Part shown: positions 61,875 through 64,000 of the stretch, one piece after another
How the letters are laid out: every line of letters starts with the position of its first letter
Position numbering within the stretch: position 1 is the stretch's first letter
Assembly: GCA_965116495.1 (NCBI GenBank)
Contig: OZ220696.1
Location: 608,001-672,000, forward strand
Reading direction: 5' to 3'
Source: Gammaproteobacteria bacterium
GTDB taxonomy: Bacteria > Pseudomonadota > Gammaproteobacteria > Eutrophobiales > Eutrophobiaceae
DNA length: 64,000 bases
The notes under the pieces: generated by a model
Database searches by the model: none
Told to the model about the DNA's origin: nothing
The model's input: only the letters and a program-made list of their open reading frames with translations
Program-made: the position numbers and the translations under genes

Positions 61875-62720
61875 CTACTCGAATTTTGCAATCATATCTT
61901 TGATCCCGGGAATCGTATGAACCTGGTACTCATGCCGGGGTTGAAAATACTGGCGCAGGGATTTCGATTGTTCGCCGACAATTATCGTGAAGTAGTACAT
62001 TTCATACCCGGGCGCTGCGACACAGGGATGATAACCGCGATCCAGCAACACAGTGCTGCCGTTCCTGATGTGATACACAGGACCTGTATCGTCCTCGGAC
62101 TCGTAGGCAAACTGTGCGCCAAAGCCGTGCTTGGGATTGAAACGAAACTGGTAGACCTCTTCGTATTTTGTTTCCAGCGGCGGACGTTCTTCGTCATGCT
62201 TGTGCGGCGGGAACCCCGACCAGCCGCCTGCGCCGACCGTAAACAGTTCGCTGACCAGCAATCGTCCACGCTGGTCTGCATTTTTCTGCCCGAGAATGTG
62301 GAGTATCTTGCGATGTGTCTTGGTGTCGTCACTTCCGTATTGTACTTTTTCCGCGTCTTCGGGCCGCACTATGAATGGCGAAAGTTTTTCGTCGAAGCGT
62401 CCTCCGGCGATAAAGATCTCGGCAGTATTTGTCATGCATCGTATGCGAGCGTGCGCATCGACCGGCACGTAGACCGCACTCGGACGCCCATTCCAGATTG
62501 AGTCACGTTCGCCGACATCGGGAAACAGTTCTCCATCGACTTCTATCGAGCAGGCGCCGGATGCAAGCACGGCAGCCGATTCGTAATCCGGAAGTTGATA
62601 GTCATAGCCTTCACCCCTTTTAAGGCGTACCGTGTTGAAATAACACAGCGGTGTCACCTTGTCGTCGCAACCCACAACAGGTTCATTCTGATTGTCAAAA
62701 TACTCGATATGTTTAGGCAT
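61875..62720 (-). CDS. iolB: 5-deoxy-glucuronate isomerase
   Basis: GWSGFPPHKHD, EEVY, GYHPCVAAPGYEMYY; ATG 62720 preferred. Confidence 0.9.
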   Translation of the reverse strand: MPKHIEYFDNQNEPVVGCDDKVTPLCYFNTVRLKRGEGYDYQLPDYESAAVLASGACSIEVDGELFPDVGERDSIWNGRPSAVYVPVDAHARIRCMTNTAEIFIAGGRFDEKLSPFIVRPEDAEKVQYGSDDTKTHRKILHILGQKNADQRGRLLVSELFTVGAGGWSGFPPHKHDEERPPLETKYEEVYQFRFNPKHGFGAQFAYESEDDTGPVYHIRNGSTVLLDRGYHPCVAAPGYEMYYFTIIVGEQSKSLRQYFQPRHEYQVHTIPGIKDMIAKFE

Positions 62721-63729
62721 GGTGCTTCCCCTTCTGCAGTTCGAAATCTGATGCGGCAATGAAGGCATCCAGTTCATCGGGAAACGGCATTGCCTCTGCA
62801 CAACCAATTTGTGAAACTACAATGGCAGCGGATGCACTGGCGCGCATTACACAGTCTCCCAGCATACGTCCTTCAAGCAAAGCGCTGCACAGTGCGCTGG
62901 CAAAGCCATCTCCCGCACCGAACGGTTTGATCGCTTCTACTGGAAATATTCCCGTGGACATTGGCGCCTCATCGCGTGGAAAACTATTGGCGCCTTGCTC
63001 CCCGTGTTTAACGATGATGAGGTCACAGAACTCGTTGTGAAATTTATTCGCTGTCAGCGCATCATCGCCATCATCGTTCAATGCTCGACCTTCCAGCACG
63101 TTGAATTCCTCCCTATTGCCGACAATTACATCGCACCTGGCCGCTGCCGCGCCGAGTACCCGCGCCGTTTCTTCAGGTGATTTCCAGGAATACGGCCGGT
63201 AGTCGAGATCGAGAACTACACAGGTATCATTTTGTCGCGCGTACTCAATCGCGCGCATTGTCGCATCCCGTGAGGGACTCACAGACAATGCCGTTCCGGT
63301 AAGCAACAGCAGTCGCGAGGAGGCGACATAAGCTTCATCAACGTCTCCAGCGGTAAGCGCGAGATCCGCGGCATTATTGCGGTATATCAGCACAACACAG
63401 TCGTACGGCTTGATTTCGGCAATAGCCAGACTGGTTCGTGTTCCGGTGTCATCGAATACAGTGTAGCGCGTGTCGATTCCCTCGCCGGTAAGGAAGTCAC
63501 GGACATATACACCAACGGGGTCGGCGGAGAGGCAGGATATGAAGCCGACACGCATTCCAAGCCTTGCGCAACCGACGGCAATGTTTGCGGAAGAGCCACC
63601 GATCTGCTTGGTAAAACTATGCACTTCGGAAAAGGGTTTGTTCCATTGTTCCGCACAAATATCGACGCCGCCTCGTCCCAGACAGATGATATCCAATTCA
63701 CGGGAGCCTGTTGCGGACAGTTTCCACAT
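62713..63729 (-). CDS. iolC: 5-dehydro-2-deoxygluconokinase
   Basis: PfkB motifs GGSSANIAVG, LIYRNNAADL, LDLDYRPYSW, PFGAGDGF; ATG overlaps the iolD stop (TAATG). Confidence 0.9.
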   Translation of the reverse strand: MWKLSATGSRELDIICLGRGGVDICAEQWNKPFSEVHSFTKQIGGSSANIAVGCARLGMRVGFISCLSADPVGVYVRDFLTGEGIDTRYTVFDDTGTRTSLAIAEIKPYDCVVLIYRNNAADLALTAGDVDEAYVASSRLLLLTGTALSVSPSRDATMRAIEYARQNDTCVVLDLDYRPYSWKSPEETARVLGAAAARCDVIVGNREEFNVLEGRALNDDGDDALTANKFHNEFCDLIIVKHGEQGANSFPRDEAPMSTGIFPVEAIKPFGAGDGFASALCSALLEGRMLGDCVMRASASAAIVVSQIGCAEAMPFPDELDAFIAASDFELQKGKHHA

Positions 63730-63998
63730 TACCCGCTCCGTTTTTCCCGTCGCTGTTGTCTCTTGCCGGGCCGCCACCACTCTCGATAGGCCTTTTCAAC
63801 AGATTTGCGGTCTGAGGTTTCGGGCACTCCCACTTCCCACCAGCTCCCTCCGGCAGTCGTATCGTCAGGGTTTGTGTCGATGCTGATTACACAGGTTCCG
63901 GTGCAGGCTTTGGCGCGCTCCAGCGCCGCAGCCAGCTCATCGAGATCATTTACATGTTCGGCTGTTGCCCCGAGCGAGCGGGCATGGGCCGCAAAGTC
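63729..63998 (-). CDS. iolD: TPP-dependent trihydroxycyclohexane-dione acylhydrolase, 3' end (truncated by window)
   Basis: Manual translation DFAAHARSLGA...GGSWWEVGVPETSDR...*; not in the ORF track. Confidence 0.85.
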   Translation of the reverse strand, partial: DFAAHARSLGATAEHVNDLDELAAALERAKACTGTCVISIDTNPDDTTAGGSWWEVGVPETSDRKSVEKAYREWWRPGKRQQRREKRSG

Positions 63999-64000
63999 GA

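Noticed and set aside
63729-63780. Basic IolD tail (WWRPGKRQQRREKRSG) and the longer GTG start of iolC, suggesting a frameshift
   Set aside because: The TAATG stop/start overlap with a GGAG RBS explains the junction; a frameshift cannot be supported without homolog alignment
11380-64000. Search for integrase, transposase, phage, retron or defence genes explaining the accessory region
   Set aside because: None recognisable other than vapBC, so mobility claims remain inference

Overview
Chromosomal window of a gammaproteobacterium. It opens with a core block (erpA 3' end, anmK, M23 peptidase, tyrS) followed by a complete but heavily decorated rRNA operon (16S, tRNA-Ile, tRNA-Ala, 23S, 5S). The leader and spacer of that operon hold five same-orientation 126-127 bp palindromic elements with an ERIC-like core and compensatory base changes. 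The 23S gene has an AT-rich intervening sequence in helix 9 and two group I introns at E. coli positions 1917 and 1951, separated by a 34-nt exon; the second intron encodes a LAGLIDADG homing endonuclease. About 53 kb of accessory catabolic genes follow: a racemase/IOR/acyl-CoA cluster ending at a degenerate ~67-bp copy of the 23S peptidyl-transferase region, four TonB-dependent receptors, many C-N hydrolases (allantoin/hydantoin cluster, amidase, amidohydrolases), soeABC-tauE, a repeat-flanked vapBC cassette next to gene debris, and the end of a myo-inositol (iol) operon containing an atypical tannase-family esterase. All calls come from reading motifs by eye; no searches or folding programs were run.
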